DNA of 62,438 nt, the filler included. It is 5 parts of 5 records of this genome, joined end to end, with 100 filler letters (N's around TTAATTAATTAA, not from the genome) between each part and the next. Parts side by side here need not be neighbours in the genome. Positions count along the whole stretch, not along the records: positions 36,944 to 50,994 come from SRR31156797_5536; 4 more parts are not named here. The stretch is one strand, 5' to 3'. The notes under the pieces are model-generated. The model was not told the origin of the DNA. It ran no database searches and saw nothing but the letters and a program-made list of their open reading frames with translations. This document shows, piece after piece, positions 40,511 to 50,530 of the stretch. Position numbers and translations under genes: made by a program. The first letter of the stretch is position 1, and each line of letters begins with the position of its first letter.

Positions 40511-41536
40511 ATGAGAAAAATTAACGTAGGAATAGTTGGAACTGGTATATATCTGCCGACATCTCGCATGACTGCTAAAGAAGTGTCACAAAAGACTAAC
40601 GGAGTCTGGGCAGAAGAGGCAGTAACTGCTAAGCTTGGTATTGTGAAAAAAATCATGCCAAGTGATGATGAGTGTGACGGCACGCAGGAAATGGGTGCAT
40701 TAGCTGCTATTGACTGTCTGAAAAGTACCGGAGTAAATCCAGAAGATATTGATGTAATCCTATGTATTGGTGAGGAGTGGAAGGAATATCCCTTGACCAC
40801 GTCTGCACTGTATATTCAGGATAGAATTGGTGCAGTGAATGCATGGGGCATAGATGTACAGAATAGATGCTGTACATGTGTGACAGCCATGAAGATGGCA
40901 AAGGATATGATGATAGCCGACGATGAAATCAATACTATCATGATTGTGGGCGGATACAGGAATGTGGACTTTATAGATTATTCTGACTCACAGGTATCAA
41001 TGATGTTTAACCTTGCAGCTGGCGGTGGTGCGTTGATACTAGAGAAGAATTATGATAAGAACCTCTTATTGGGTTCACACATAATATCTGACGGTTCTCT
41101 GGCAAGGACAGCTGGTGTAGAAATCGGCGGTACGGTAAATCCGTTTACTGCGGAAAACTTAGAAGAGGGTAAAAAGTCTCTGCGGCTGCTGGATGCAAAG
41201 CGTATGAAGGATAGATTGAATGCTGTATCTATGGATAACTGGATGGAATGTATAAATAAATCTGCTGCAAAGTCTCAATTAAATACCTCTGATATTTCAT
41301 ATCTTGCAATGCTTCACATCAAGCGAAGCGGCCATAAGTATATGCTGGATCAGCTGGGACTAAGTGATGAGCAGAGCATTTATCTAGAGAACTACGGACA
41401 CATTGGACAGATAGATCAGATATTATCTCTTCATCTTGCACTGCAGGAGAAGAAGGTAGTGGATGGAACTATCGTATGCATGCTGGCAGCTGGAATTGGC
41501 TATGTATGGGCAGCCAATATTATTCGCTGGGGGTAG
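40511..41536 (+). CDS. 3-oxoacyl-ACP synthase III-like (FabH-like) protein, atypical
   Basis: IVGTGIYLP start; QNRCC at the catalytic Cys; LHIKRS His; YGHIGQ where FabH has GNT; AGIGYVW. Confidence 0.85.
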   Translation: MRKINVGIVGTGIYLPTSRMTAKEVSQKTNGVWAEEAVTAKLGIVKKIMPSDDECDGTQEMGALAAIDCLKSTGVNPEDIDVILCIGEEWKEYPLTTSALYIQDRIGAVNAWGIDVQNRCCTCVTAMKMAKDMMIADDEINTIMIVGGYRNVDFIDYSDSQVSMMFNLAAGGGALILEKNYDKNLLLGSHIISDGSLARTAGVEIGGTVNPFTAENLEEGKKSLRLLDAKRMKDRLNAVSMDNWMECINKSAAKSQLNTSDISYLAMLHIKRSGHKYMLDQLGLSDEQSIYLENYGHIGQIDQILSLHLALQEKKVVDGTIVCMLAAGIGYVWAANIIRWG

Positions 41537-41539
41537 ATT

Positions 41540-42430
41540 ATGATAATGCAAACCATAATTCAGACAATATTAAGCAATGTACACTTAGCTGGTATATTGG
41601 TGCTGGCAACAACTGGAATTATGCTGGTATTCAGAACATCATATACCACCAACTTCGCTCAGGGCATGATGGCGATGGTAGGTGTATATACTGCAGCTAT
41701 TTTAATAACGAAATTTGAATTTAATCCATGGCTTAGTGTGCTTGCTGGTATATTAATTAGTTTCTTATTAGGATTATTCATCGATACTATGATTATAAGA
41801 AAAGCAAAGAATGTAAGTGTCGTGGGTAAGCAGATGATTACAATGGGGCTGGTAATAATCATTACTGCACTGACTCCATTGATTTTCGGCACAATTCCAT
41901 TTGAATTCAGCAGATTTATAGAGGGCAATTTGGAATTCTCTCTAGGCTCAATGGAATTGTACATCACAAAGAACGGACTGCTGACAATAGGCGTGGCGGC
42001 TGCAATAGTAACTGTAATATTTATCGCTCTGTACTTCACCAAATGGGGACTGGGCGTTCGTGCTACGGCATCCAATGAAAAGGTAGCTAGCATGATGGGT
42101 ATCAATACCAGAGTAATAACAGCTATGAGCTGGTCAATAGCAGGTGGCTGTGGCTCAGTAGCAGCAATCCTATTGGCATCACAGACAGGGCAGGTAGAGA
42201 CAACTATGATGACATCTATTCAGGTTAACGGATTCTTGGCATCAGTACTTGGCGGCTTCTCATCATTCTATGGACCAATAATTGGTGCGCTTATTATACC
42301 GATAGCAAAGGCACTGATAGCAATATTTAACAGCCTGTGGGCAAGCGTAATACTATATTCTGCAATATTGTTAGTCATTCTTATTAAGCCAATTGGGCTC
42401 TTCGGCAAGAAGATAAACAAGAAGGTGTAG
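41540..42430 (+). CDS. Branched-chain amino acid-type ABC permease (LivH-like)
   Basis: NFAQG, TKWGLGVRATASN..VASMMGIN, VLGGFSS. Confidence 0.9.
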   Translation: MIMQTIIQTILSNVHLAGILVLATTGIMLVFRTSYTTNFAQGMMAMVGVYTAAILITKFEFNPWLSVLAGILISFLLGLFIDTMIIRKAKNVSVVGKQMITMGLVIIITALTPLIFGTIPFEFSRFIEGNLEFSLGSMELYITKNGLLTIGVAAAIVTVIFIALYFTKWGLGVRATASNEKVASMMGINTRVITAMSWSIAGGCGSVAAILLASQTGQVETTMMTSIQVNGFLASVLGGFSSFYGPIIGALIIPIAKALIAIFNSLWASVILYSAILLVILIKPIGLFGKKINKKV

Positions 42431-42435
42431 GTGAA

Positions 42436-43524
42436 GTGATGATTAATGAATATAGAGAAGAAAAAAGAAAGATACGAAAAGCAAAACTCAAAGCTATTAC
42501 ATCTAATCCGCTCTTTGGATTTGTAATATTAATGCTGGCACTGATTGCCGTACAACTGATATTTATGTATACAGACGATATTATCAGCCTAACAGTGTCA
42601 AAGGCTATAGCACAGACATTGATATATGCAATAGTCGGCATGGGATTCTCCATCCTGCTAGGGTATGCAGGTCTGGCATCACTGGGAACGGCAGGATTCG
42701 TTGGACTTGGAAGCTATATAGCTGGTAATATGCTCAAATCTATTCCACTGCCAATACCATACATTCTGGTACTTGCAGCAGTTGTAGTAGCCGGCATTAT
42801 CCTTGGCGGCGTGGTAGGGTTTATCTCACTGCGCATTGAGGGAATGTATCTGGCTATTATCACACTGGGATTATCAGAAATATTACTGGAACTATTTAAA
42901 ACACCAAATGACTTTACAGGCGGCGCATCAGGGCTAAAATCAGTACCTTGGGTGAAGCTGGCCACATTCTATGATATGAACAGAGAGAGGATGTATTTCC
43001 TTATACTTGGCGTACTGTTTGTGATGATAGTCTTAACCATTAATATTATTAATAGCCCAACAGGCAGAGCAATGCTTGCCATGAAGAACTCTTCATCAGC
43101 CGCACAGGCAATGGGAATATCTATATTAAAATATAGACTGCTGGCATTCATACTGGCAACTATCTATGCCATGATAGGTGGAGCACTGTATGTAACATAC
43201 CTGCGTGCATCCAACACATCATCATGGACACTGGCATTATCACTCAATGTATTAGCGGCTGTTATAATCGGCGGTTCACGTTCTATATGGGGTGTAATCA
43301 TGGGGTCATTTGTAATATTTGGACTGGATTTAGCTGTTTTAAAAAACATTGATTTCTTTAACAAGTATTCCGGTTCATCAGCAATATTTTCCGGTGTACT
43401 GATAGTACTAATTGTTATGTTCTACCCCGGCGGACTAATTCGACTGTTTACCAATACTAGGCTAAAGATAAAAGCAGGGGTTCACAAATGGAAGGTGTAT
43501 AGATATGGCAAAGATTACAAGTAA
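42436..43524 (+). CDS. Branched-chain amino acid-type ABC permease (LivM-like)
   Basis: GYAGLASLG, LRIEGMYLAIITLG, SPTGRAMLAMK, PGGL. Confidence 0.9.
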   Translation: MMINEYREEKRKIRKAKLKAITSNPLFGFVILMLALIAVQLIFMYTDDIISLTVSKAIAQTLIYAIVGMGFSILLGYAGLASLGTAGFVGLGSYIAGNMLKSIPLPIPYILVLAAVVVAGIILGGVVGFISLRIEGMYLAIITLGLSEILLELFKTPNDFTGGASGLKSVPWVKLATFYDMNRERMYFLILGVLFVMIVLTINIINSPTGRAMLAMKNSSSAAQAMGISILKYRLLAFILATIYAMIGGALYVTYLRASNTSSWTLALSLNVLAAVIIGGSRSIWGVIMGSFVIFGLDLAVLKNIDFFNKYSGSSAIFSGVLIVLIVMFYPGGLIRLFTNTRLKIKAGVHKWKVYRYGKDYK

Positions 43525-44944
43525 TATCAATATGACTAGGATGACTACCCAAAGGGACAAAGCCCTGCAGAACATAAAATTTAATGACAGTTACCTATCT
43601 ATTGCAAAGGATGAATTGAAGGAAAAAAGCGATAGAAAGCTGTATAAAAGAGAATTGAATACAAAGCGTTCTCTGCTGGCACTGGAAAAAAAGTCAATGT
43701 CGGAAAATAAATCTCTGGAATATGATTATCAGAAGGCACTGAAAAAGCTGTATGAAAAGCAGCACCTGCCTAGGCTGGCAGTGGAACAGAAATATAAAAG
43801 AATGCAGGAAGCTGGCAGCGAAAAGGCAGAGTATTATAAGAAAAATGCTTTGGCAAAGCTGGATGATGCAATAAAAGAATTAAAAGATAAATGGACCAAA
43901 AGGGTTAATGAAGCAGATACTAAAGTAGATGAATCAGTTGCTGTGGCTTATAAAGAAAAGTCAGAAACTGTAAAGGTTAAGCTGGATAAATTACGAGAAA
44001 GCTTGGAGAAGAAAAATCAGGAAAAGATAGAGAGACTTAATAAAAAGACTGCAAAAGAAAATGCGAAATTAAAGGATAGAGCTGAAAAATATAATACAAA
44101 GATAGACCAACTAAATACCGATACAGAATCTGCAATGAAAGAAAAGGATACTGTGTTGGAAGTAGAAGAGCTGCTGATGCTTTTTGATGGATTAAGAGCA
44201 GTGGATGGGCTTAGCTTTAAGGTAAAAGAAGGCGAGATTTTCGGTCTGATAGGTCCAAACGGCGCCGGTAAAACAACTGTATTTAACTGCATCACACAGT
44301 TCAACAAACCAAGCGGTGGTAGGATACACTATCGCAGTGCAAGCGGTGAAGTAATCGATGTTACAAAGAAAAAAGTACATGACATAGTAAAAATCGGCAT
44401 AGTAAGGACATTCCAGAATTTAGAGCTTATATGGGAACTTAGTGTACTTGACAATATGCTAATCGGAGCACATTCATTGTACAATGCCAACCTTTTTGAT
44501 CACATTATCCGCACACGCAAGCTAAAGCGTGAAGAAAAGATAATGAAAAATAGAGCACTTGACGTTCTTGAAAGACTTAATCTATTGGTATACAAGGACA
44601 TGATTCCATATGGTCTGCCATATGGAATACTAAAGAGGATTGAGCTGGCAAGGACATTAATGGTAAATCCAAGGCTTATTATACTGGATGAACCTGCAGC
44701 AGGACTAAACGAAGCGGAAACTGAGGAATTGGCAGAGACCATCTGTAAAATAAAAGAAGACTATGGATGCACAATATTTTTGGTTGAGCACGACATGGGG
44801 CTGGTTATGGATATATGTGATACGGTTTGTGCCATTTCCTTTGGTAAGCTGCTGGCTGTCGGTAAGCCTGGTGATATTCAGGAAAATGAATTGGTACAGG
44901 AGGCATATCTGGGTGGAACAATGACGGAGGACGATGATGAGTAG
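43505..44944 (+). CDS. ABC ATPase (LivG-like) with about 210-aa N-terminal coiled-coil extension
   Basis: GPNGAGKTT, RTFQN, LPYG, LDEPAAG, VEHDM; K/E-rich helical N-terminus. Confidence 0.88.
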   Translation: MAKITSNINMTRMTTQRDKALQNIKFNDSYLSIAKDELKEKSDRKLYKRELNTKRSLLALEKKSMSENKSLEYDYQKALKKLYEKQHLPRLAVEQKYKRMQEAGSEKAEYYKKNALAKLDDAIKELKDKWTKRVNEADTKVDESVAVAYKEKSETVKVKLDKLRESLEKKNQEKIERLNKKTAKENAKLKDRAEKYNTKIDQLNTDTESAMKEKDTVLEVEELLMLFDGLRAVDGLSFKVKEGEIFGLIGPNGAGKTTVFNCITQFNKPSGGRIHYRSASGEVIDVTKKKVHDIVKIGIVRTFQNLELIWELSVLDNMLIGAHSLYNANLFDHIIRTRKLKREEKIMKNRALDVLERLNLLVYKDMIPYGLPYGILKRIELARTLMVNPRLIILDEPAAGLNEAETEELAETICKIKEDYGCTIFLVEHDMGLVMDICDTVCAISFGKLLAVGKPGDIQENELVQEAYLGGTMTEDDDE

Positions 44945-45662
44945 TATATTGAGAATTGATAACCTCGTCGTAGACTATGGATATATCAGAGCCATAAAAG
45001 GAATTGATATGAATGTAGATAAAGGCAATATTGTGGCTATTCTCGGTGCTAATGGTGCAGGTAAGAGCACGATAATACGCACTGTATCTGGCATTGTAAA
45101 GGCGAAAAGTGGCAGTATCAAATTTGATGGTGAGCCAATAACAAACAAAGAAGTTTACAAGATTGCTAAAAAGGGAAGTATTCAGTCTCCTGAGGGACGA
45201 ATGATATTAGCTGGACTAACTACAGAGGAGAACCTTCGGGTAGGGGCGTACAGCATCCGTTCAAAGACTCAGGTTAATAGAAATCTAGAGGAAGTATTTA
45301 ATTACTTCCCAGTCTTAAAGGATAGAAGAAAACAGCAGGCAACAACACTCTCCGGTGGTGAACAGCAGATGTTAGCAATAGGTAGAGCATTGATGAGCAA
45401 ACCAAAGTTATTACTGCTGGATGAACCGTCACTAGGACTGGCACCAATTATAGTACGGGATATATTCTCTATACTAAAGAGGATAAAGGACGAGGGCACA
45501 ACGATATTAATCGTAGAACAGAATGCATATCAGACTCTGAAAATAGCAGATTACGCATATGTATTGGAACTTGGAAAGATAAAAACAGAGGGAACAGGGA
45601 AACAGCTATTGACAGAGGAATCATTGTTTGCAGCATATCTGGGAAAGAGAAACAAAAAATAG
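44934..45662 (+). CDS. ABC ATPase (LivF-like)
   Basis: GANGAGKST, PEGR, LSGGEQQM, LDEPSLGLAP, VEQN. Confidence 0.93.
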   Translation: MMSSILRIDNLVVDYGYIRAIKGIDMNVDKGNIVAILGANGAGKSTIIRTVSGIVKAKSGSIKFDGEPITNKEVYKIAKKGSIQSPEGRMILAGLTTEENLRVGAYSIRSKTQVNRNLEEVFNYFPVLKDRRKQQATTLSGGEQQMLAIGRALMSKPKLLLLDEPSLGLAPIIVRDIFSILKRIKDEGTTILIVEQNAYQTLKIADYAYVLELGKIKTEGTGKQLLTEESLFAAYLGKRNKK

Positions 45663-45721
45663 GAACAAACCGGGCAACCGGATGTTATAAGGAAACAAAG
45701 AAGTGTAAAAAGGAGAAAAAT

Positions 45722-47062
45722 ATGAAGAGTACAAAAATCGCAAAAATTCTTATTATGATGATGGTACTAGTACTGGCTTTTACAGCATGTGCTAAGGAAG
45801 AAGCAGAAGAACCAATGGAAACAAAGGCACCAGAAGCAACTGAAGAAAAGGTAGAAGCAACTGAAGAACCAATGGAAGAATACTCACAAGGTGTTACAGA
45901 TACTACTATTACAGTTGGTAACACAGCAGCAGTATCCGGCGCATTGGCAGTAGTAGGCGTACCATTCAACGATGCTATCATGGCATACTTCAAGATGATT
46001 AATGATGCAGGTGGTGTAGGCGGTAAGACAATTGAATTCATAACATATGACGATGGATTTGACGGAGCAACAGGCGCAGCACTGACTGAAAAATTAGCAG
46101 AAGAAGACGAAGTATTTGCCCTAGTAGGTCACTTCGGTACACCAACAGTATCAGCTACAGTAGATTACATCGGCGAATACGGCATTCCAATGGTATATGC
46201 AGCAACAGGTATCAATGCACTGTACTTTGAGGAAAGCTCAATGAACCCAATCATGGCAGTACAGCCAATCTACAAGACTGACGGTCGCATCATGGCAGCT
46301 CGTACATTCCACGAAGCACTATTTGGCGATGCTAAACTAGCAGATGACGCTAAAGTAGGCGTACTATATACAAATGATGATGCAGGTTCATCAATCTTAG
46401 AGGGTGTTCAGGCACAGGCAATGGACGACGGTAAAGATGCAAACCTAGTAGTTGAAGCAGTAGCAGAAGGCACATATGCAACAGCTGTACAAAAACTAAA
46501 GGATGCAGGCGTATCAGCAGTAATCCTGGCTATGAACCAAGCTCCATTCAAGGAATCATTGGTTGCTATGGATGACGCAGGACTGGAAGTACCTGTATTC
46601 ACATCATACGTAAATGCTGACGTTACAGCAGTAGACCATACTAAGTACTCTGAAGCACGTCCAATCTATACAAATGCATGGGTAGACGTATTCAGCGAAA
46701 AGGGGCAAGAGGATGCAGGTGCATACGTCGCATGTATCGCTCAGGCTGATTTGGCAGACGATGTAAAGGAAGCATACTACACTAACTCATTCGCAACAGC
46801 AGGCTATATAGCAGCTGTAGTATTTGTAGAAGGATTGAATAGAGTAGAGGCAAACGGCGACGTGTTAACATGGGATAACTACATCAAGGCTATGGAAGAA
46901 GGCCCAATAGACATTCCTATGGGCGGTACTGTAGACTTCTCCGACGGACATCGCTGGGGCATTGACTCAATGAGCTTATTGCAATACACTGTAGATGGCG
47001 AAGAGGAAGCATTCGTCAAGGTTCGTGAAATCGAAGTATTGGGCGATATCGCAGCTAAGTAA
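45722..47062 (+). CDS. ABC substrate-binding lipoprotein (LivJ/PBP1 type)
   Basis: Lipobox LAFTAC, E/A/T/P-rich linker, INDAGGVGGKTI..YDD, VFALVGHFGT. Confidence 0.9.
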   Translation: MKSTKIAKILIMMMVLVLAFTACAKEEAEEPMETKAPEATEEKVEATEEPMEEYSQGVTDTTITVGNTAAVSGALAVVGVPFNDAIMAYFKMINDAGGVGGKTIEFITYDDGFDGATGAALTEKLAEEDEVFALVGHFGTPTVSATVDYIGEYGIPMVYAATGINALYFEESSMNPIMAVQPIYKTDGRIMAARTFHEALFGDAKLADDAKVGVLYTNDDAGSSILEGVQAQAMDDGKDANLVVEAVAEGTYATAVQKLKDAGVSAVILAMNQAPFKESLVAMDDAGLEVPVFTSYVNADVTAVDHTKYSEARPIYTNAWVDVFSEKGQEDAGAYVACIAQADLADDVKEAYYTNSFATAGYIAAVVFVEGLNRVEANGDVLTWDNYIKAMEEGPIDIPMGGTVDFSDGHRWGIDSMSLLQYTVDGEEEAFVKVREIEVLGDIAAK

Positions 47063-47082
47063 GACTAATTAACAATAATAAT

Positions 47083-47104
47083 GGGGGAACGTACAGTTTC
47101 CCCC
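47083..47104 (+). other. Stem-loop after the binding-protein gene (partial terminator or mRNA stabiliser)
   Basis: GGGGGAAC-GTACA-GTTTCCCCC with no U-tract. Confidence 0.5.
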
Positions 47105-47126
47105 GCAGACATTAAGAGGTGAAGCT

Positions 47127-48449
47127 ATGAGTTATAATTATAGTAATAAAGTTATTTCACTAAATGAAGCACTAAATTTGGTAAAACCTAATGACTATAT
47201 AGTTACCGGTATGTGTATAGCAGAGGCTGTGGATTTCATGACACATCTGCACACCATTGCCGATAAAGTAGAGAATGTAGCAGTGTCCAACTGTATTCCG
47301 ATGGCGGACTATGAGTTCTTTTCCAACCCAGAATACAGAAGTAAATTTATGGTGGAAACATGGTTCTACACTGCGTCACTGCGCAGATTCCACAAGAACG
47401 GTAATGTATCATTCATTCCAAATCATCTGCACTTTGCAGCTACAAAGAGACTACACTTTAAAAAGCCAAATATCTACGTTGGAGCAGCATGTATGCCCGA
47501 TAAACACGGCAACATTTCACTAAGCCTTAGCACCTGCTACGAAAAAGAAATAATGGAAGAAGCAGACACAATAATATTAGAAATCAATCCGAACTTCCCA
47601 AGGACATTCGGTGATATACAAGTTCATGTAGACGATGTAGACTATCTGATCGAAGCTGACTATGAACCATTTGCATTACCTGAGACACCAATAAATGAAA
47701 AGGACAAAATCATCGGTAAATATATAGCTGACTTAATCGATGACGGTTCATGTATTCAGCTGGGCATTGGTGGCATACCAAATGCAGTAGCCGAAGCTCT
47801 GGTTGACAAGCAAGACTTGGGTGTTCATACAGAAATGTTCTCTGATGGTATAATGAGGCTGTACAAAGCTGGAGCGATTACAGGTAAATACAAGCAGATG
47901 AACAAGGGTAAGATGATTGCGACATTTGCCATGGGTTCAAAGGAACTGTATGATTTTCTCGATGACAACCCAATGATTGAGTTTCTAAATGGTTCAAATA
48001 CAAATGACCCATATGTAATAGCAAAAAATGATAATCAAGTATCTATTAATACATCGCTTGAAGTTGATTTGACAGGTCAGTGTGCCAGTGAATCGCTGGG
48101 TTCAATTCAATTCAGCGGTACAGGTGGTCAGTCTGACACTGCTGTTGGTGCACAGAACTCCAAGGGCGGCAAATCATTTATCGCTCTGTACTCTACAGCT
48201 ATGGTTCGCAACAAGGAAACAGGCATGAAGGAAGAAATGAGCAAGATAGTATCTCAACTAAAAAGAGGTGCAGCGGTATCACTATCCAGAAATGATGTAG
48301 ACTACGTAGTTACTGAATATGGCGTAGCTGCACTACGTGGTACCAGCATAATGGAGAGAGTTGACAGGCTGATAGCTATAGCCCATCCTAAGTTCAGAGA
48401 ACAGCTGATTGAAGAGGCGAAAAGCTTAGGTTTGATTTATGAGAGGTAA
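47127..48449 (+). CDS. Acetyl-CoA hydrolase/transferase family (4-hydroxybutyrate CoA-transferase-like)
   Basis: QLGIGGIPNAV, GVHTEM, EVDLTGQ, GTGGQ.D, VVTEYGVA.LRG, IAHPKFRE. Confidence 0.92.
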   Translation: MSYNYSNKVISLNEALNLVKPNDYIVTGMCIAEAVDFMTHLHTIADKVENVAVSNCIPMADYEFFSNPEYRSKFMVETWFYTASLRRFHKNGNVSFIPNHLHFAATKRLHFKKPNIYVGAACMPDKHGNISLSLSTCYEKEIMEEADTIILEINPNFPRTFGDIQVHVDDVDYLIEADYEPFALPETPINEKDKIIGKYIADLIDDGSCIQLGIGGIPNAVAEALVDKQDLGVHTEMFSDGIMRLYKAGAITGKYKQMNKGKMIATFAMGSKELYDFLDDNPMIEFLNGSNTNDPYVIAKNDNQVSINTSLEVDLTGQCASESLGSIQFSGTGGQSDTAVGAQNSKGGKSFIALYSTAMVRNKETGMKEEMSKIVSQLKRGAAVSLSRNDVDYVVTEYGVAALRGTSIMERVDRLIAIAHPKFREQLIEEAKSLGLIYER

Positions 48450-48451
48450 GT

Positions 48452-49267
48452 ATGAGTAAATTTACATTTCAGGGGAAAGAGGTGTTTTACGAGGTAAAAG
48501 GAGAAGGCAAACCTCTAATAATCCTTAATGGTATCATGATGTCCACCAGAAGCTGGGCACCATTTGAGGAGCATTTTACAAGAGATAATATGCTAATTCT
48601 GCTGGATTTACTGGATCAGGGACAGAGCGACAAGATGACGGAACACTTTACCCAGAGTATACAGGTGGAGGTAGTAGTTGCACTGCTGGATGAACTAAAG
48701 CTGGATAAGGTATCATTTATCGGTACATCATATGGTGGTGAGGTAGCACTACAATTTGCTGCAAAGTATTCTGACAGGGTCCACAGGCTGGTACTGGCAA
48801 ATACGGTTGCCAAGACCAATGCATGGCTAAGAGAAATTGGCGAAGCATGGAATCACGCTGTGATAAATCCTGATGCGTATTACTGCACAACTATTCCTAC
48901 TATATATTCACCTCGTTACTATGAGAGAAAGAAAGACTGGATGGCAGGAAGGAAGGAGATTCTAACAAAGACTGCATTTGCCAACAAGAACTTCTTGGAC
49001 AGCATGGTCAGACTGACTAACTCAGCTAATGACCATGACGTGACAGCTGATCTGCCTAATATCACAGCACCAACGATGATAATAGGATGCGAGCAGGACC
49101 ATATTACACCGCAGGAGGAGCAGAGATATCTGGCACAGCATATGCCAAATGCAGAGTTAGTGATACTTCCGGAGACTGGTCACGCGGCATTCTATGAGCG
49201 ACCATACTTGTTTACGGCTATCGTGCTGGGATTTATTAATCTCTATGATGCGAAAATTGATATTTAG
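48452..49267 (+). CDS. Alpha/beta hydrolase (enol-lactonase/esterase-like)
   Basis: LNGIMM, GTSYGG, EQD acid, TGH His. Confidence 0.88.
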   Translation: MSKFTFQGKEVFYEVKGEGKPLIILNGIMMSTRSWAPFEEHFTRDNMLILLDLLDQGQSDKMTEHFTQSIQVEVVVALLDELKLDKVSFIGTSYGGEVALQFAAKYSDRVHRLVLANTVAKTNAWLREIGEAWNHAVINPDAYYCTTIPTIYSPRYYERKKDWMAGRKEILTKTAFANKNFLDSMVRLTNSANDHDVTADLPNITAPTMIIGCEQDHITPQEEQRYLAQHMPNAELVILPETGHAAFYERPYLFTAIVLGFINLYDAKIDI

Positions 49268-49334
49268 TGAAAGAAACCACAATATGTGATATAATTAAAT
49301 TCACTTTTCAAAGAAACTAACACAGGAGGAAACA

Positions 49335-49952
49335 ATGGCTGTCGTAAATATAACAGAACCTAAAACTAAGAGAGGACTCGCAACAAGGAATAAAATCATG
49401 AAGGCTGCAGAGCGTCTTTTTGGAGAGAAAGGTTATTATAATACGTCTATAAACGACATTGCGGTAAAGGCAAAAGTCGCTCCTGGAACATTATATATAT
49501 ATTTCAAGGATAAATATACTCTTTATCAGTATTTGGTATCTGAGTATAGTCATCTGCTGCGCAGTGAGATAGCTAAGAAGATAAAAGAGACTAACTGCAT
49601 GAGTAGGCGTGAAAAGGAAAGAGTCGGTATACTGTGCTACTTGCAAATTATACAGGAACATCCGCATATTTATAATATTATCTGGGAATCGCTTCATGTG
49701 GATAAGAAACTATTTGTTGATTACTATCATAAATTTTCGAAAAATTATCAGAAAAATCTGAATAAGGCGTATAAAGATGACGAAATATACGAATTTGACA
49801 ATGAAATAGTATCATATATTTTAATGGGTATATCCAGCTTTATCGGACTAAGGTATGTGACATTTGAGCAGAATGTTGATTTGGAAATTGTAGTTGATGA
49901 GATAATGAGATTCCTTGATAATGGGTTGTTTAAGAGCGATACCTTAGAGTGA
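49335..49952 (+). CDS. TetR/AcrR family transcriptional regulator
   Basis: IMKAAERLFGEKGYYNTSINDIAVKAKVAPGTLYIYFKDK HTH. Confidence 0.93.
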   Translation: MAVVNITEPKTKRGLATRNKIMKAAERLFGEKGYYNTSINDIAVKAKVAPGTLYIYFKDKYTLYQYLVSEYSHLLRSEIAKKIKETNCMSRREKERVGILCYLQIIQEHPHIYNIIWESLHVDKKLFVDYYHKFSKNYQKNLNKAYKDDEIYEFDNEIVSYILMGISSFIGLRYVTFEQNVDLEIVVDEIMRFLDNGLFKSDTLE

Positions 49953-50530
49953 TGAGAGTAGTTAGTTGGAACTCAATTTATAATAATGAACTTAGTATTG
50001 ATTAAAATGATGAATTGCCTTGAAAAGTTGGCATATAATTAAGTGAGATCTGTAATGGTCAATAAAAATCAGACAATGTTAAGGAATTTAAGAATTTTCC
50101 AATTCGAATTGTGCTGAAATCAGGTATTCAAATGAAGATTGTGCTCTTTGTGTATTGTAATACAATCAATTTTTAAAACAGCAATCTGATTCTGTACAGG
50201 CGATTTGTAATTAACTTCTTTGACAATTTAACCATTGGTAGTCATTAACTTCTTCCCGATCTAGTACTAATCGTACTTCTTTATTGATACCAAAATTTTC
50301 AATTACCACAAATAATGTATATATTATAAACAAACTAGATAATAAAGCGTACAATAACTTAAACTAATAAGTTTAGGTTATCTTTTGATTTACCGAGTGG
50401 GAGTAAAAGTATAATCCCAGTGGCTTACTGATGTTAAACAAACAAAATAGGCCTGTAAATATTTTTTACGTTAAGTAAGAATACTGGCTTGTAAGAATAA
50501 ATGCTAAGTAGTTATCTTTGCATACTATTA

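Noticed and set aside
45790-45880. Repeated GAAGCAACTGAAGAA / GAAGAACCAATGGAA in the binding-protein gene
   Set aside because: Encodes an ordinary flexible lipoprotein tether (EEPME..EATEE)
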